Positions 1-13,848 of a stretch of 64,000 bases of DNA are shown piece by piece. A model generated the notes under the pieces. It saw only the letters and a program-made list of their open reading frames with translations. It made no database searches and was not told the DNA's origin. This stretch comes from Octopus vulgaris (Eukaryota), in contig OX597832.1 of NCBI GenBank assembly GCA_951406725.2, positions 46,376,001 to 46,440,000 of the forward strand. The letters are read 5' to 3'. A program made the translations under genes and the position numbers. Numbering within the stretch: the first letter of the stretch is position 1; each line of letters begins with the position of its first letter.

Positions 1-735
1 AAATGAAACAGAGAAAAGTCAGAAAACCGGATTATTTACAAAAGGAACGATGGTCTACTGTACAAATAGAAACTGTATTCGTACTGACAGATACGGAAAA
101 ATTTCGGGATTATTACACCTCCTCACATAAAATTATTTTACCCGTAGATGGGACTTTTGAAATGATTAGAAGATGTATAGATTGTAATGAACATAATAAT
201 AATAGAAGAGAACATCCTAGGTTCGAATTCTACACACATACTGGTAGCTTGAATTTTGTTTTCTTTAGAATTTACTGAACTCATTTTCTTTGTGAATCGA
301 CGAGATTAAAAGAAATACTTGTGTAATCTTTATATAATTCATAAACATCGTAAATATAATTGGATGGGACTAAGATATCAAATTAAATTATTCAATTAAA
401 ATAGATTACATTCTTAGGTATGATAAACAAACGTTGTCTTCAGCAATCAATTCTAACGTGGGGGAAAGGAAGAAAACTTTTCTTCTTTAATTTAAAACTT
501 ATAGAAAGGAAGGGGAACACTTATATATTATTTACATGATATAATTAAAATTTAGGCGGATGCAGCGGAGGCCACGTTTGATTCCGTTAAAAGTACACGA
601 ATATTCTCACTTTCGCCCTCACACACATACATACACAGAAACGCACCCACACACACGATTATATATTAAAGTTGGCCAGCTGCACCTCTTATATGCGTGT
701 GTTTATCTTTCTCTCTGTGTCTGTTTTCACCTCCC

Positions 736-774
<39 letters not shown>

Positions 775-777
775 ATG

Positions 778-822
<45 letters not shown>

Positions 823-1928
823 CTTAGAGCGAGCTATAAACAGTAGCTGCAACACATCGTGGCGTATAGTTGCCATTAAAATATGGCTAACCCCTAAGGG
901 TGGATGCTACTGTAGTTTGTAGCCCCAGGAGGACACCTCCTCCACCTGGCTTTAGACACACTTTCTGTGCCCTATCAGTATTTGCAAAGGGAAGCCATCC
1001 TTCCCGTCTTCAACTTATACATATATATATATATATACATACATACATACATACATATATATATATATATGTACATATATATATATATGTGTGTGTGTGT
1101 GTATGTATGTATGTATGGGATACGTCTGCGTGTGAGTATTTGTGTGTGCGTGTGTATGTGTATGTATGTATGTTAGTGTTTGCCAAATGCGTGTATATAA
1201 ATTATTGTATCTCATAAGGACTAAACTTAGATATTTTGATACACTTGTTTGTTTTTTCTTTGAAGAATATATTCTTCCAGTAGATAAACCTTCACTTCAA
1301 AATTTGCGAGGCTGAACAGTGCAAGTCGCCTTTTCCCAATGATGGACAGCGTTTAAGAGTATTTTTGACGGGCATAATCATTTTTCACGTTTCTATGGTC
1401 ACAGACATTGTGACAGTAACAGGCGCACATGAAAGACATAAAACAACACTAATTACATTTATATATACAATAAAATTAAATAAAGAACCATTTTATTTTC
1501 AGAAACACTTGCAGTACATAACTGACTGGACGTTGCTGTCACATTTGTAATATTTTGATATTTTCTAAGCTTATATATATATATATATATATTTATGAGA
1601 TTTTATATCCCTTTCTTTCTTTTATATGATGGACGGTTTCTAAAATTCATTTTAAAATTCCCGTGAACGGTTCACTTGCTTGAACACCCCGCTCACTGGT
1701 CTCTTTTCGGTTGCTTTTATTGAAGTTTGTTGTCAGTTCAATCTAGGAGAGAACTGTGTTAAGGGGAAATGTGTAGTAAACCCTGACTGATATGTTTGTT
1801 TTATTGTAAAGGGAGACTTTGTGCTCTACATCTTTTAGTAATTTTTTTTCCGATAGCAATGAGGGTAATGTGCCACTTATTACTAGTACATAAGCAGGCT
1901 GTATAGATGACATCTAAATGAAATAAAT

Positions 1929-2091
1929 AGGCGTAGGAGTGGCTGTGTGGTAAGTAGCTTGTTTACCAACCACATGGTTCCGGGTTCAGTCCCACTGCGT
2001 GGCATCGTGGGCAAGTGTCTTCTGCTGTAGCCTCGGGCCGACCAAAGCCTTGTGAGTGGATTTGGTACACGGAAACTGAAAGAAGCCTGTC

Positions 2092-2183
<92 letters not shown>

Positions 2184-2389
2184 TTGTGTGTCTGTGTTTG
2201 TCCCTCTAGCATTGCTTGACAACCGATGCTGGTGTGTTTACGTCCCCGTCACCTAGCGGTTCGGCAAAAGAGACCGATAGAATACGTACTGGGTTTTACA
2301 AAGAATAAGTCCCGGGGTCGATTTGCTCGACTAAAGGCGGTGCTCCGGCTTGGCCGCAGTCAAATGATCGTAACAAGTAAAAGAGTAAA
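1929..2389 (+). mobile_element. tRNA-derived SINE, family A (full length, internal (TA)n(TG)n tract)
   Basis: A-box-like GTGGCTGTGTGG, B-box-like GGTTCAGTCCC, internal microsatellite and a 3' (GAGTAAAA)-like tail. Near-identical copies lie at 7487, 41200 and 49945. It probably belongs to the Octopus OK/OR SINE set, but the exact family is not assigned. Confidence 0.9.
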
Positions 2390-4795
2390 GGGTATATCCG
2401 TTACTCGCGAGCGATTATGGTTCCACAGTATATCACAATTTTGCTCAGTGTTTCAAATACTTACATATTTACAACTAGACATAGAGACACTCACGGACCC
2501 CTCAGATTTGGCCCAGAGACAAACCCAGTACCTGATAAATGGATGGAGGTTCAACTGCGACAGAATTCAGTCGATTCAAATTTCTTGCTATACAGACTGT
2601 AACAACGTGAAATGAAGCGCTTTGCAGAAGAAAACAAGATTCTACATATTCCGGTAATTGAACCAACGACATTATAAATAGGAGTTAATCACGTTAATAC
2701 TAAGCTTTAAACCTGCTATTAGATGATTTATATCTGTTGATCAGGAATTTCTTTTCAGTGTTGTTTGTTGTATATTATTTCGTTCCCTTTCCATTCGTGA
2801 GAATTTTTACTCGTATTGCCTTCTTATCTGTATATAGATTCTGTAATATTTATTTCAGGCTCTTTTGTATTTAACGACACAAGGAAGACAATTTTGGATT
2901 TATTCGTTTAGTCATGACAACAATATTATCGGTGTTTAACATAGTAAAGTGTTTCACTACCTTTACTTTGTCTTAACCCTAACTAATATGAATGATATTT
3001 ATTGCTAAGTCTTCTCAAATTATGTTTCATTCTTAAAAGCAAATTGTTAAAAGGCGAGTTCACATGCAAGACGTCATTTATTTATAATTAGGCCCCACAA
3101 CATTGAACATAACCTAATTTGCAATCTACGATCAGCTCTCTATGATCAGAATCGAATTATACCCCCAAAAGTTGTTTTGGGCCATTAAACACCGAAGTGG
3201 ACCCCATTAAGTATAAGATATACTACATTACATCCTGAAGTGTACAGAACATATAAATGTCTTTGTTCGAAGCGCTTACAAGGAACAAAGGACGAAAGTA
3301 GGGTAAAATAAGCAATAGACAGGAATGCAAGGGACTGCAAAAGGGAAAGAAAAATACAATGGATAGTGAATAGATTTGAGGAATATTATTGGCATGGCGC
3401 TGGGTTTCAAAGTATGGAAATGACAGATGTCATCAGTTTACATATTTATTGTTACTGTAAAAATTTCCGTATTAGCCACCTCGGATATCTACTGAAAAGT
3501 ATTGCTTTTTAGTCAAAATTTATTGTAGTCGAAGCTAACTCTTTACTACATAGCAAAATGATAGTAAAGTTTTCACGCTAATGAAACGATCACCCCTTAA
3601 CATGAGATTTCTATGTTCAGTTAATCTCCATTATTAACTAACCGTACTGACAAAGCACTTGCTTAGAGCAATAGAAACAATTATGTTTATCCATCAATCG
3701 TATCCAATGTTTCAAGAAAACAAAAAAGAAAGAGAAAGATACGAAAAAAAAAAAACAAACAACAAACAAACAAACAAACATCCATTCTCGGCCACAAGAA
3801 AGAAAAACCAATATTATAAGACAATTTAGCAGAAACAAACAGAACTGTTTCTCATCAGAATAATTGGTACAATGTAAATGTAATTCAGAGTAAATACGTT
3901 ACGAAGATAAATGCGCGATTCCGAACGCTATCGCTGAATTACGATCATCTTTAAATACACAATTTATAAGAAATGCCAGCAAGAGTTAGTAATTAAATAA
4001 TAGTGTGTAACATATTTACTTATATGGTTAAATATTACAATGACGGTAATGATAAGATGTTCTCTTCCTAAATTATAGTTCCAATGTCCATATCAAATCA
4101 TTGGTAATGCTCTGTTTCCAAAGACAAAAGAATGAATTTATCAGCATCAATCTGTCTGTCGAGATATAATTAGGCATCAAATAAAACACAAGTAAATGGT
4201 TCATAGTCAATTTGATTGTTTACTTGGCAGTTTTCTGTGTTAGTGTAAAAGAACGGAAACAAGTTCTATAAAGCTTTGCCTGGTTCGGCTAAAAAAGAAA
4301 AGGCTAGCGTAACAACATAGAAGGGATATGAGAGGATGGGGTTCTCCCTAACAGCAAAGAGGATGGGGTTCTCCCTAACAGTAACTGGTGTGGGTAAATA
4401 TATACTGGTGTCAGTCCCCAACCGGAATGTGGGGTCATAGGTTGCATTGATTGATATTAAGACAAAGAAGACAAGAAAGTGACGAGATATTGTCTCTAAA
4501 TGGCCAGAAGGTACGCCTAAAAAGGGTCTCATCGCCAAGGATTTCTGTTGTGCCTCCTGATAGACGCCCCCTGCTCCACAACAGTGTACAGTCATACAGA
4601 AGCACTAATACACACCTAGGTGCAAGTAGTAAAATAGAATAGTATACACATACACTCACACACACAGATACACGTACACACACATATATACGAGCACGAA
4701 AAAGCATATGTACATGCATACCGTCACATACGCATATATCTACATTACATAAAAAGTCAGATTGAATCTTGCTTGCTTGTATGCAATACATACTA

Positions 4796-5103
4796 TTTTA
4801 CTTGTTTCAGCCATTTGACTGTGGCCATGCTAGAGCTCCGCCTTTAGTCGAGAAAATAGTCCCAGGACTTATTCTTTGTAAGCCTAGTACTTATTCTATC
4901 GGTTACTTTTGCGAACCGTTCAGTTACAGGGACGTATACACACCAGCATCGGTTGTCAAGCGATGTTGGGGGGAAAAGCACAGACACACAAACATATACA
5001 CACACATACATATATACGATGGGCTTCTTTCACTTTCCGCATACCAGATCCACTCACAAGGCTTTGGTTGGCCCGAGGCTGTAGTAGAAGACACTTGCCC
5101 AAG
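4796..5103 (-). mobile_element. SINE family A, 5'-truncated
   Basis: Reverse complement of the body and tail of 1929-2389. Confidence 0.85.
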
Positions 5104-5581
5104 AAATATGAATCTCGTTTCACACGTAATTACTAGATGTACGTATGATTCAATAACTTCAATAAGCAAGACCTTTTTGAAATTACTTAAACTACCTAAT
5201 TAGCTGATTACTTCTAATTTGCATATAACATATAAAACAAGATATCTATGACAAACAATTATGTATTTCTTTTAAAGAATTTATTTGGAACAGGTTTTTA
5301 GAATGGTATATGCACATATATTATGCTTTACAAGGTAAGACTAGTCGAGAAATATAAATGCTATATATGTGCGTGCGTATGTGTGTGTGTGTGTGTCATT
5401 GTGTGTATATATGCATTTATACGTACATATATATATATATATGTGTGTGTGTGAGAGAGAGTGTGTGCGCGTATGCTTGTGTGCATGTTTGTGTATGTAT
5501 GTATATATGCATATTATATATACGTACATACATACATATATATATATATATGCACATATAGCGAGAGATATATATATAGAT

Positions 5582-5626
<45 letters not shown>

Positions 5627-7395
5627 CAGACAGATAGATCGATATGTACATACATACATATATACATACATACATATATACATACATACATACATATATA
5701 CATACATACATACATGCATACATACATACATACATACATACATATAGAAACACATACATACATGTATACACTGTAGTTTGTTTCTTATGTCATTATAGAA
5801 GCCAATCCCGCTCATATAATTCCGACCAGTACCCTAATTAATCAATTAACTAATTAAATCTTCCTTAATTGCTGTCATTCGCAGTGTCATGAGATTTCTT
5901 ATGATATATTGAAATTTATTATTCGGATTAATGATCATCGGTGCGTATTTCAAGAAAGGTGATTAAGGAAAATTCTTTCGAAGACATGTTGCCCGCTATA
6001 ATTGCAACCTGATAATTAAAATATTGCATATAACCTGAGGCAGGGCAAGCTCAATGTATACTGGAAAATATAAAAGAAATCATATGAGTGATTTCATGCA
6101 TCTTATGTACTGAAAGGAAAGTGTTTAAGAATAAATACCTCCCCGAAAAATATTCATTCTATCCAATTTAATATAATGTAAGGGAAATTCGATAAATTAG
6201 ATGGATGTCAGCAGTAGGAGATAATCCTTAGTGATGGTGAAGTGAGGTAATGCGGGAATAATATGGAGAGCAAAGGAGTGAGTTCGAACGAAATATTACA
6301 TATTATAGACGCTTTGGTGAGCCCTTTCTGTCATTCATATACCTCCTTGAATCATTACATAACATTGAGCATTTATTATCACAGAACTCTAGCTACTAAG
6401 AATGAGTAATCGAATAATTGGCATAAAACAGCGCACAAAATTTGACTTCCAGTCGCTGGTCCTCAGGCATGTACTGTTTTAAGACCCCAACGTGTCTTTG
6501 TTGTTCTTTACTCTAAGCTCTCTTCTTTGTAACTGGTTGTTCTCACATTGTTTCCAGTTAGGATTTTCTGGACTCATTTACCCCTTCTGTCGCCAATCAT
6601 TTTGTGATTACGCCACGACAATGGCTAACCACCACGCCTAGTGGACGGATATGTCTGAGTTGAATGGATACGCATGAGGTTAATCAACTTCAAGAGGCAC
6701 AGGCCATTATAGAATAGACAGAAAAAAAGCTGAGATTGTTGTCCCTCTCCAAATTCCTCTTTACATAGTTTATCATTTAACCTTCGACTATTAACTATTC
6801 AAAAAAAGTATACGTAGATCTCATTTTTTACCCCCAAACAAATAGACAAGAGGAATCATATACAAAAGTATTTGGCATGATAATTCCTAATAATCCAAAG
6901 TGTACTAGGAAAGCTCGAAAAGATCGAAAACACCAGCTGCGATGTAATGTATGTCAATTCAGGATATTTACTGAAAATGATATCCTTAAGAAATATCGAT
7001 CTCTCATTTCTGATTATTTCCATTCGATGCCATCAATCAAAATCATGACATTGACGAATTAATATCGGTGTATGACTTAGTATAAGTTCATGCCTTCCCA
7101 CTTTCGTACACTTGACTGATTAGTTTAACACTTAATGTTCTCTGAGACGTTAATGTTGCGATATTATGAAGAATATACTTGGCCTGTGACTTATAATTGA
7201 CATACTTGATCCGCAGCAAATTCCCTTGGAGTAGACTTAGTATCTCATGAGGAAAGTTGTTGACCAGATTTCAATACGTACTTGGACACACAAGATATTA
7301 TTTCTCGCAAAGATTGTTATTTTCATTAGTGAAACTGTAGTACTACTTATGCATAAACGCGTAACTTAGTCGGTGCTGTAGTCGTAAGTAATAAA

Positions 7396-7486
<91 letters not shown>

Positions 7487-7488
<2 letters not shown>

Positions 7489-7718
7489 TCTTTTACTCTT
7501 TTACTTGTTTCAGTCATTTGTCTGTGGTCATGCTGGAGCACCGTCTCTAGTCGAGCAAATCGACCCCGGGACTTATTCTTTGTAAGCCCAGTACTTATTC
7601 TATCGGTCTCTTTTTTGCCGAACCGCTAAGTGACGGGGACCTAAACACACCAGCATCGGTTGTCAAGCAATGCTAGGGGGACAAACACAGACACACAAGC
7701 ACATACACACACATATAC

Positions 7719-7757
<39 letters not shown>

Positions 7758-7902
7758 AATATATATACATATATACGACAGGCTTCTTTGAGTTTCCGTC
7801 TACCAAATCTACTCAGAAGGCATTGGTCAGCCCGGCGCTATAGCAGAAGACACTTGCCCAAGATGCCACGCAGTGGAACTGAACCCGGATATATGTGGCT
7901 GG
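7487..7902 (-). mobile_element. SINE family A, nearly full length
   Basis: Reverse complement of 1929-2389 and 49945-50366, including the (TACTCTTT)n tail. Confidence 0.9.
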
Positions 7903-7923
7903 ATATATGTACTTCCACACAGA

Positions 7924-7926
<3 letters not shown>

Positions 7927-8007
<81 letters not shown>

Positions 8008-8008
8008 G

Positions 8009-8107
<99 letters not shown>

Positions 8108-8125
8108 GTATATATAAATATATAT
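7927..8125. repeat. long (TA)n microsatellite
   Basis: Direct reading. Confidence 0.98.
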
Positions 8126-8342
8126 CTTATTAGCATTAATATATTTATACTGTATTAAAGAGGAAGCTTCGTAATGAATGACGTTAACGAACTAAACCTA
8201 ATAGTATTCAAACATATAATACTTGTTCATCTAAGTAAAGAGGTTACAAATCGTATTAAGTTTCGATGATAATCTTTTTAAATCTCATTAACTATCAGTA
8301 TTTCACATGTAAATGTGATATCTTGAATTCCGTAATATATTA

Positions 8343-8748
8343 GTTTCAAACTTTGGCACTAGGTGATCAGTTCCGTGGGGTGGGAGTAAGTGAATTACCT
8401 CCACCACACTGTTCAAATGGTGCTAATTTTATCGAATCCGATAGGATGAAAAGCAAATTCAAACTCGGGGAAACCTGAACTCAGAATGTAAGCCGGACGA
8501 AATGACGCTATGCATTATTCCTGTGGCGGTAACAATTCTGCCAGCTCACCGCCTTAGATTTCTATAATATACTGGTTTAAAATATTGGCACCAGCGGAGC
8601 AACTTCTGGGGAGTGGAATGTGAATTACATCCATCACAGTATTCAAATAGTACTTATTTTATTGACACCGATATGATGGCAAGCAAAGTCGACCTCAGCG
8701 AACTGCATTTTGGCCGGCACAGTAAGGATTCTACCAGCACGCCGCCTT
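8343..8748 (-). mobile_element. two tandem degenerate copies of SINE family B
   Basis: Both end on + in ccagc-cgcctt, the reverse complement of the head GGCGGCGAGCTGGCAGAA, and both are followed by AGATTTCTATAATATA. Confidence 0.8.
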
Positions 8749-9515
8749 AGATTTCTATAATATATTGAAATTACTTATTATTTCGAATGTGGAATAACGA
8801 TAATAATAAATTATCATTAAATCTAACACTATTGGACTATACTACTGTTAGAACACATACAACTTAAACTACATTGAGATTAAGACCACTGGAATAAGCG
8901 GCATAAAATCTCTCGCACACTCGCTCCCACCACGGACTTGCAGGTGAGTTTGTCTCGTGTCTCAGCTTTTTCCTATCTATTCTATAATGGTCTGTGCCTC
9001 TTGAAGTTGACCAAGATCATTCATATCCCTTTGACTCAGGCATACTCGTCCAAGTCTTATCTCTTTTTCACATCACCCTCTCTCAAACCTCCATAGACAT
9101 ATTCCAGACCCTACATTGATGATTATGCCTAAACCTTCTTTCCTAGAAATTCGGACATCTGTATCTCCGTCTCTGAGCAAGTTTTGATTCGCGAAGTTTA
9201 CATAAGATCAGAAAGGATATCAATCTCAAGCAGTCGAAATTCGACTTCAAAGGCAATGGACACTGTCCTTCCCTCCAGACACAACATCGAAGAAACCCTA
9301 AAAAATGTCATGATTTCTAGCAGATAATAACATTATAACATGAATATTTTCATATACTTCTGGCTAATTATAATGTAATTAATATATTCTTTAAGCAGTA
9401 GACAAGAGTAAGGAGGGAGTAATTTCATATTCACTTTTGATTGCTTGCTCAAAAGCTCGAAAAGAGAATACATTGCATCGGTGAAGCTCATGTCCTTGCC
9501 GTAGATATTGTAAAC

Positions 9516-9578
9516 AGACGTGGCTGTGTGGTAAGTAGCTTGCTTACCAATCACATGGTTTCGGGTTCAGTCCCACTG
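9516..9578 (+). mobile_element. isolated tRNA-like head of SINE family A
   Basis: GTGGCTGTGTGGTAAGTAGCTTGCTTACCAATCACATGGTTTCGGGTTCAGTCCCACTG matches the 5' end of 1929-2389. Confidence 0.85.
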
Positions 9579-10198
9579 AAACTCGTTCTCTATAAAAATG
9601 TCAGGCGCCGAAAACAGTAGGTGGGGAAAGGCACAACACGGCACCCTACGCTAAAGAAGGTCTTCACACACATAAAGTGTTTGTTATCTGTTTGGTGGTT
9701 TAATCCACTTTGAACTTTTGATCCCAAACAAAACGATAACAAAGGAGCAGTTTGAGCGGCTTAAATCTGCGCTTGAAGAAGAACGACCATTTTTGGTTTC
9801 AAGACGAAAGGAGATCTTCCATCAGAATAAAGCTCGGCCACATACAGCGAGGATGACATTCCAAACGCTGTTTGACTGCGAAGTTATGCTGCACCTACCA
9901 TATAATCGCAAGACGCAGCCCCCATCTGATTATCATTTATTCTGCAGTCTTCAAAATCATTAGGACAGAAAAAATATGAATTTGTGTAGATGAAGTCGAA
10001 ACAGGACTGAAAGTGCATTTTTCGTCAAGGACAAGTGAATTTTGGAAGAGGGCTCTTGCACGTCTACCAGATACATGGAAGAAAATTGTAGAAAATGAAG
10101 AAGAATATATGTTAGATTAAAAAAGAAATTTGTTGATCTTAATTTTGATAAATAAAAGTACAAAAAAAACCCCGCATTATTTATGGAATGACCCAATA
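9579..10198 (+). mobile_element. mariner (Tc1/mariner, DD34D-type) transposon, decayed 3' half with right TIR
   Basis: Translated remnants VLYKNVRRRKQ, LLSVWW, FHQNKARPHTA (cf. HDNARPH) and HLPYN..PPSDYHLF (cf. HPPYSPDLAPSDYHLF). It ends in TIR-like GCATTATTTATGGAATGACCCAA followed by TA. Confidence 0.88.
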
Positions 10199-10369
10199 TA
10201 TATGGAGAGAGATAAACTGACTGTATAATCAAGTGGCGCATTTAAATATATTTATTCATATTAGCTAGTTGTCTATGAGTGCGTCATAAATATTTATTCT
10301 ATATTTCAAGCACAGATGGACTATTGTATATATACGAACATTGTAAATCTATATATTTATATATATATG

Positions 10370-10470
<101 letters not shown>

Positions 10471-10620
10471 TATATGTTATATATGTATATATATTAGAGG
10501 GAAATCACTATGTGGACACCTTCAGTTTTTGTTTATGATAGACCACGTGTGTGAAATCGATGTTAATTAAATTAATATCTAATTTCTCACCCTCATTTTA
10601 AACTCATATATATATATATT

Positions 10621-10655
<35 letters not shown>

Positions 10656-10658
10656 ATG

Positions 10659-10713
<55 letters not shown>

Positions 10714-11078
10714 ATGTATATACCGTGTGTACCCAGTTTCGTCAATACGTTGCGAACTATACGACATTTCCTGTAATTTCTATGATGAAACAACTAAGGA
10801 TGGTTTCCGCCTTTGTTCTAAACATATGAGTTTCTTTAGACACATTACAAACACTATCTCGACTAGAACTTATTCAAAAGCTATGTATACTCTGCTTTTA
10901 TTTAAACTTCTAAAGTCACCCATATATTTTTATCTCTCCTCAGACACAGACGTTATTCTTCTGGCACAAGAACTAAAACCTATAATCAAAATTCACAGCA
11001 TCATAAATTTGTTATTTCTAGGAGTTAATAACCAACGTCTGTAAAGAACTTGACACGGAAAGCAAAGAAGAAGAAAAC

Positions 11079-11122
<44 letters not shown>

Positions 11123-11139
11123 ATGCATGTATGTATTGA

Positions 11140-11530
11140 GGAGGCGCAATGGCATAGTGGTTAGGGCAGCGGACTCGCGGTCATGGTATCGCGGTTTCGA
11201 TTCCCAGACCGGGCGTTGTGAGTGTTTATTGAGCGAAAAGACCTAAAAAAGCTCCACGAGGCTCCGGCAGGGTATTGGTGGTGATCCCTGCTGTACTCTT
11301 TCACCACAACTTTCTCTCACTCTTACTTCCTGTTTCTGTTGTACCTTGTATTTCAAGGGGCCGGCCTTGTCACTCTCTGTGTCACGCTGAATATGCCCAA
11401 GAACTACGTTAAGGGTGCACGTGTCTGTAGAGTGCTCAGCCACTTACACGTTAATTTCACGAGCAGGCTGTTCCGTTGATTCGGATCAACCGGAACCCTC
11501 ATCGTCGTAACCGACGGAGTGCTTCCCAGA
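11140..11530 (+). mobile_element. tRNA-derived SINE, family C, full length with 11-bp TSD
   Basis: A box TGGCATAGTGG, B box GGTTTCGATTCC. It is flanked by GTATGTATTGA at 11129-11139 and 11531-11541, and shares its head with 48231. Confidence 0.92.
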
Positions 11531-11811
11531 GTATGTATTGATGAGGATTTAATATCATAATAATGATTCTTATTGTGATTGGGAAAAATCCATAAATTTG
11601 GAGTGAGGGGTGCAGCTATTTCGAAAATCTAACACTAATTGTCGGATACTAATTTCTTGAAACGTAGGACAAGGTTAGTAGTGTATAGTAAGACGGTAGG
11701 AAAATTTCTTATGTCAGAAGTGGAGCGATATAATTAAAGAGTCTTGTGTATGTTTGTACGGCACTTCGCGATTTGCATAATCATATTCTGCTACTACTAC
11801 TGCTTCTGCTG

Positions 11812-11867
<56 letters not shown>

Positions 11868-11876
11868 GCCGATACC

Positions 11877-11920
<44 letters not shown>

Positions 11921-11923
<3 letters not shown>

Positions 11924-12760
11924 CTGGACTAAACTAAACGCAAAAGAAATAGACAAAGAAAAATCCCAGCAATGGTTGAGAAGCTCAGGACTCAAAGCAG
12001 AAACAGAGGGACTTTTAATTGCAGCACAAGACCAAAGCCTCCCCACCAGAAATTACCAAAAACATGTAATGAAAAGAAATATTACAAGTAACTGCAGAAT
12101 ATGTGGAGATGGACAAGAAACAATAAATCATATTATCTCTAGCTGCCCAGTCCTGGCTAAGAAGGAATATATTCACAGACATGACAGAGTTGGAACCTAC
12201 ATACATTGGAAGCTATGCCAACATTATGAAATAACAACAGGAAAAAGGTGGTATAGGCACACACCAAAAAAGGTCACAGAAAACGAGAAAGCAACCATAC
12301 TCTGGGATATGCCGATACACACAGATAGAGAAATTAAGGCCAACAGACCAGATATAGTTGTCAGAGATCATGAAGAAAAAATGCTTCCTAATTGATGTAT
12401 CAATACCGGCAGATGACAACGTGTCTCTAAAAGAAATGGAGAAACTCTCAAAATACAAAGACCTGGAAATAGAGGTAACTAGAATGTGGAATCTGAAAAC
12501 AGAAACAATTCCTATCATAGTAGGTGCATTAGGCATGATAAAAAAATATTCAGAGAAATACATAACAAAAACACCAGAACTTACAAACACATATAACATA
12601 CAGAAAATTGCACTACTAGGCACTGCACACATCCTACGCAGAACACTTTCCATACAATAACCATCAGAGCATCACAACAAATCACAGCACATACCCAAGG
12701 CACACAGAGCTGTGCTCGGTAGTGAAGTGAAAGTACGCTATAAAAATAATACTACTGAAT
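11921..12760 (+). mobile_element. 5'-truncated non-LTR retrotransposon of the R4/Dong clade (C-terminal zinc knuckle, restriction-like endonuclease and 3' UTR)
   Basis: The ORFs give CRICGDGQETINHIISSC (CCHC), RHD, LWD, RPDIVV, IDVSIP, K..KY.DL and PIIVGALG. (TAA)n flanks both sides, which is the known Dong target. Confidence 0.92.
11922..12660 (+). pseudogene. retrotransposon ORF C-terminus with one frameshift near 12375-12385 (A-run)
   Basis: ORFs 11976-12395 and 12358-12660 join at ...VRDHEEK / KCFLIDV.... The frame extends upstream as YWTKLNAKEIDKEKSQQW. Confidence 0.88.
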
Positions 12761-12763
12761 AAC

Positions 12764-12803
<40 letters not shown>

Positions 12804-12805
<2 letters not shown>

Positions 12806-13022
12806 CCTTTCTACTATACGTTCAATGCCTGAATTTGTATGGGGAATGGGGCAATCGATCCCTTCGACTCCAGTATTTGACTGATTGGTATTTAATTTTA
12901 TCGATCCCGAAAGGATGAACGGTAAATTCGACCTCGGTGGAATTTGAACTCAGAACGTAACGACTGGCGAAGCACCTCTAACCATATCTTTCGGCGTGCT
13001 AACTATTCTGCCAGCTAGCCGC
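12804..13022 (-). mobile_element. SINE family B within (TAA)n
   Basis: Reverse complement of GGCGGCGAGCTGGCAGAA...GAGTTCAAATTCC...GGGGTCGA...AGAAAGGATTATT. Confidence 0.85.
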
Positions 13023-13027
13023 ATTCA

Positions 13028-13049
13028 TAATAATAATAATAATAATAAC

Positions 13050-13118
<69 letters not shown>

Positions 13119-13144
13119 TAATAATATTAATAATAAATAATAAT

Positions 13145-13209
<65 letters not shown>

Positions 13210-13317
13210 TAACGATAATAATGAGAAGAAGAAGAGGAGGAGGAGGAGGCAGAAGAAGAAGAAGAAGAAGAAGAAGAAGAAGAAGAAGAAGAAGAAGAAG
13301 AAGAAGAAGAAGAAGAA
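13028..13317. repeat. compound (TAA)n/(GAG)n/(GAA)n microsatellite
   Basis: Direct reading. Confidence 0.97.
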
Positions 13318-13580
13318 AATATATCTATAACGGAATTTGACAAATCAAGTATATATAAGGACCTGGAAACTGAAATACAAAAGACACGGCATCTTAGAGC
13401 GAGAACTGAAAGAGGAAAATTAAACCATAACCTTTCAACGGAATCTGGACAAATTGGTTCAAGGAAATACCATACAAGCCACCTATGTTTGGATACAACT
13501 TACTCAACAAGACCTCCCTAAGCGAACGGGCCATGATACCAGAAAACTTGAATTAGGAAAAACAGGAAGTAGGAAATCCT
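13318..13580 (+). mobile_element. short decayed fragment of a second R4/Dong-like element
   Basis: 13318-13407 translates NISITEFDKSSIYKDLETEIQKTRHLRART, which aligns with NVSLKEMEKLSKYKDLEIEVTRMWNLKTET of the 12358-12660 ORF. Confidence 0.7.
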
Positions 13581-13709
13581 ATCAGGTGGTGCTATTAAAT
13601 TAGACATGGCCAGGACAAATTTAAGATTATTTAAGTTATACATATACACACACGCACGTTTTTATGTACATGTACTTATCAATATATTGTGAGTATACAA
13701 CAATTTTTG

Positions 13710-13769
<60 letters not shown>

Positions 13770-13800
13770 CATATATGGTACATATATATAGATAATATAT

Positions 13801-13848
<48 letters not shown>

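Noticed and set aside
4331-4384. 27-bp tandem duplication (similar short ones at ~30846, ~46920, ~60823)
   Set aside because: Ordinary slippage duplications, two copies only
8900-8949. Strong splice donor CAG|GTGAGT at 8943/8944
   Set aside because: No convincing upstream acceptor, promoter or coding frame
11140-11215. tRNA gene-like A/B boxes (also 1929, 41987, 48231, 49945)
   Set aside because: These are SINE heads that continue into repeat bodies, with no complete cloverleaf or terminator
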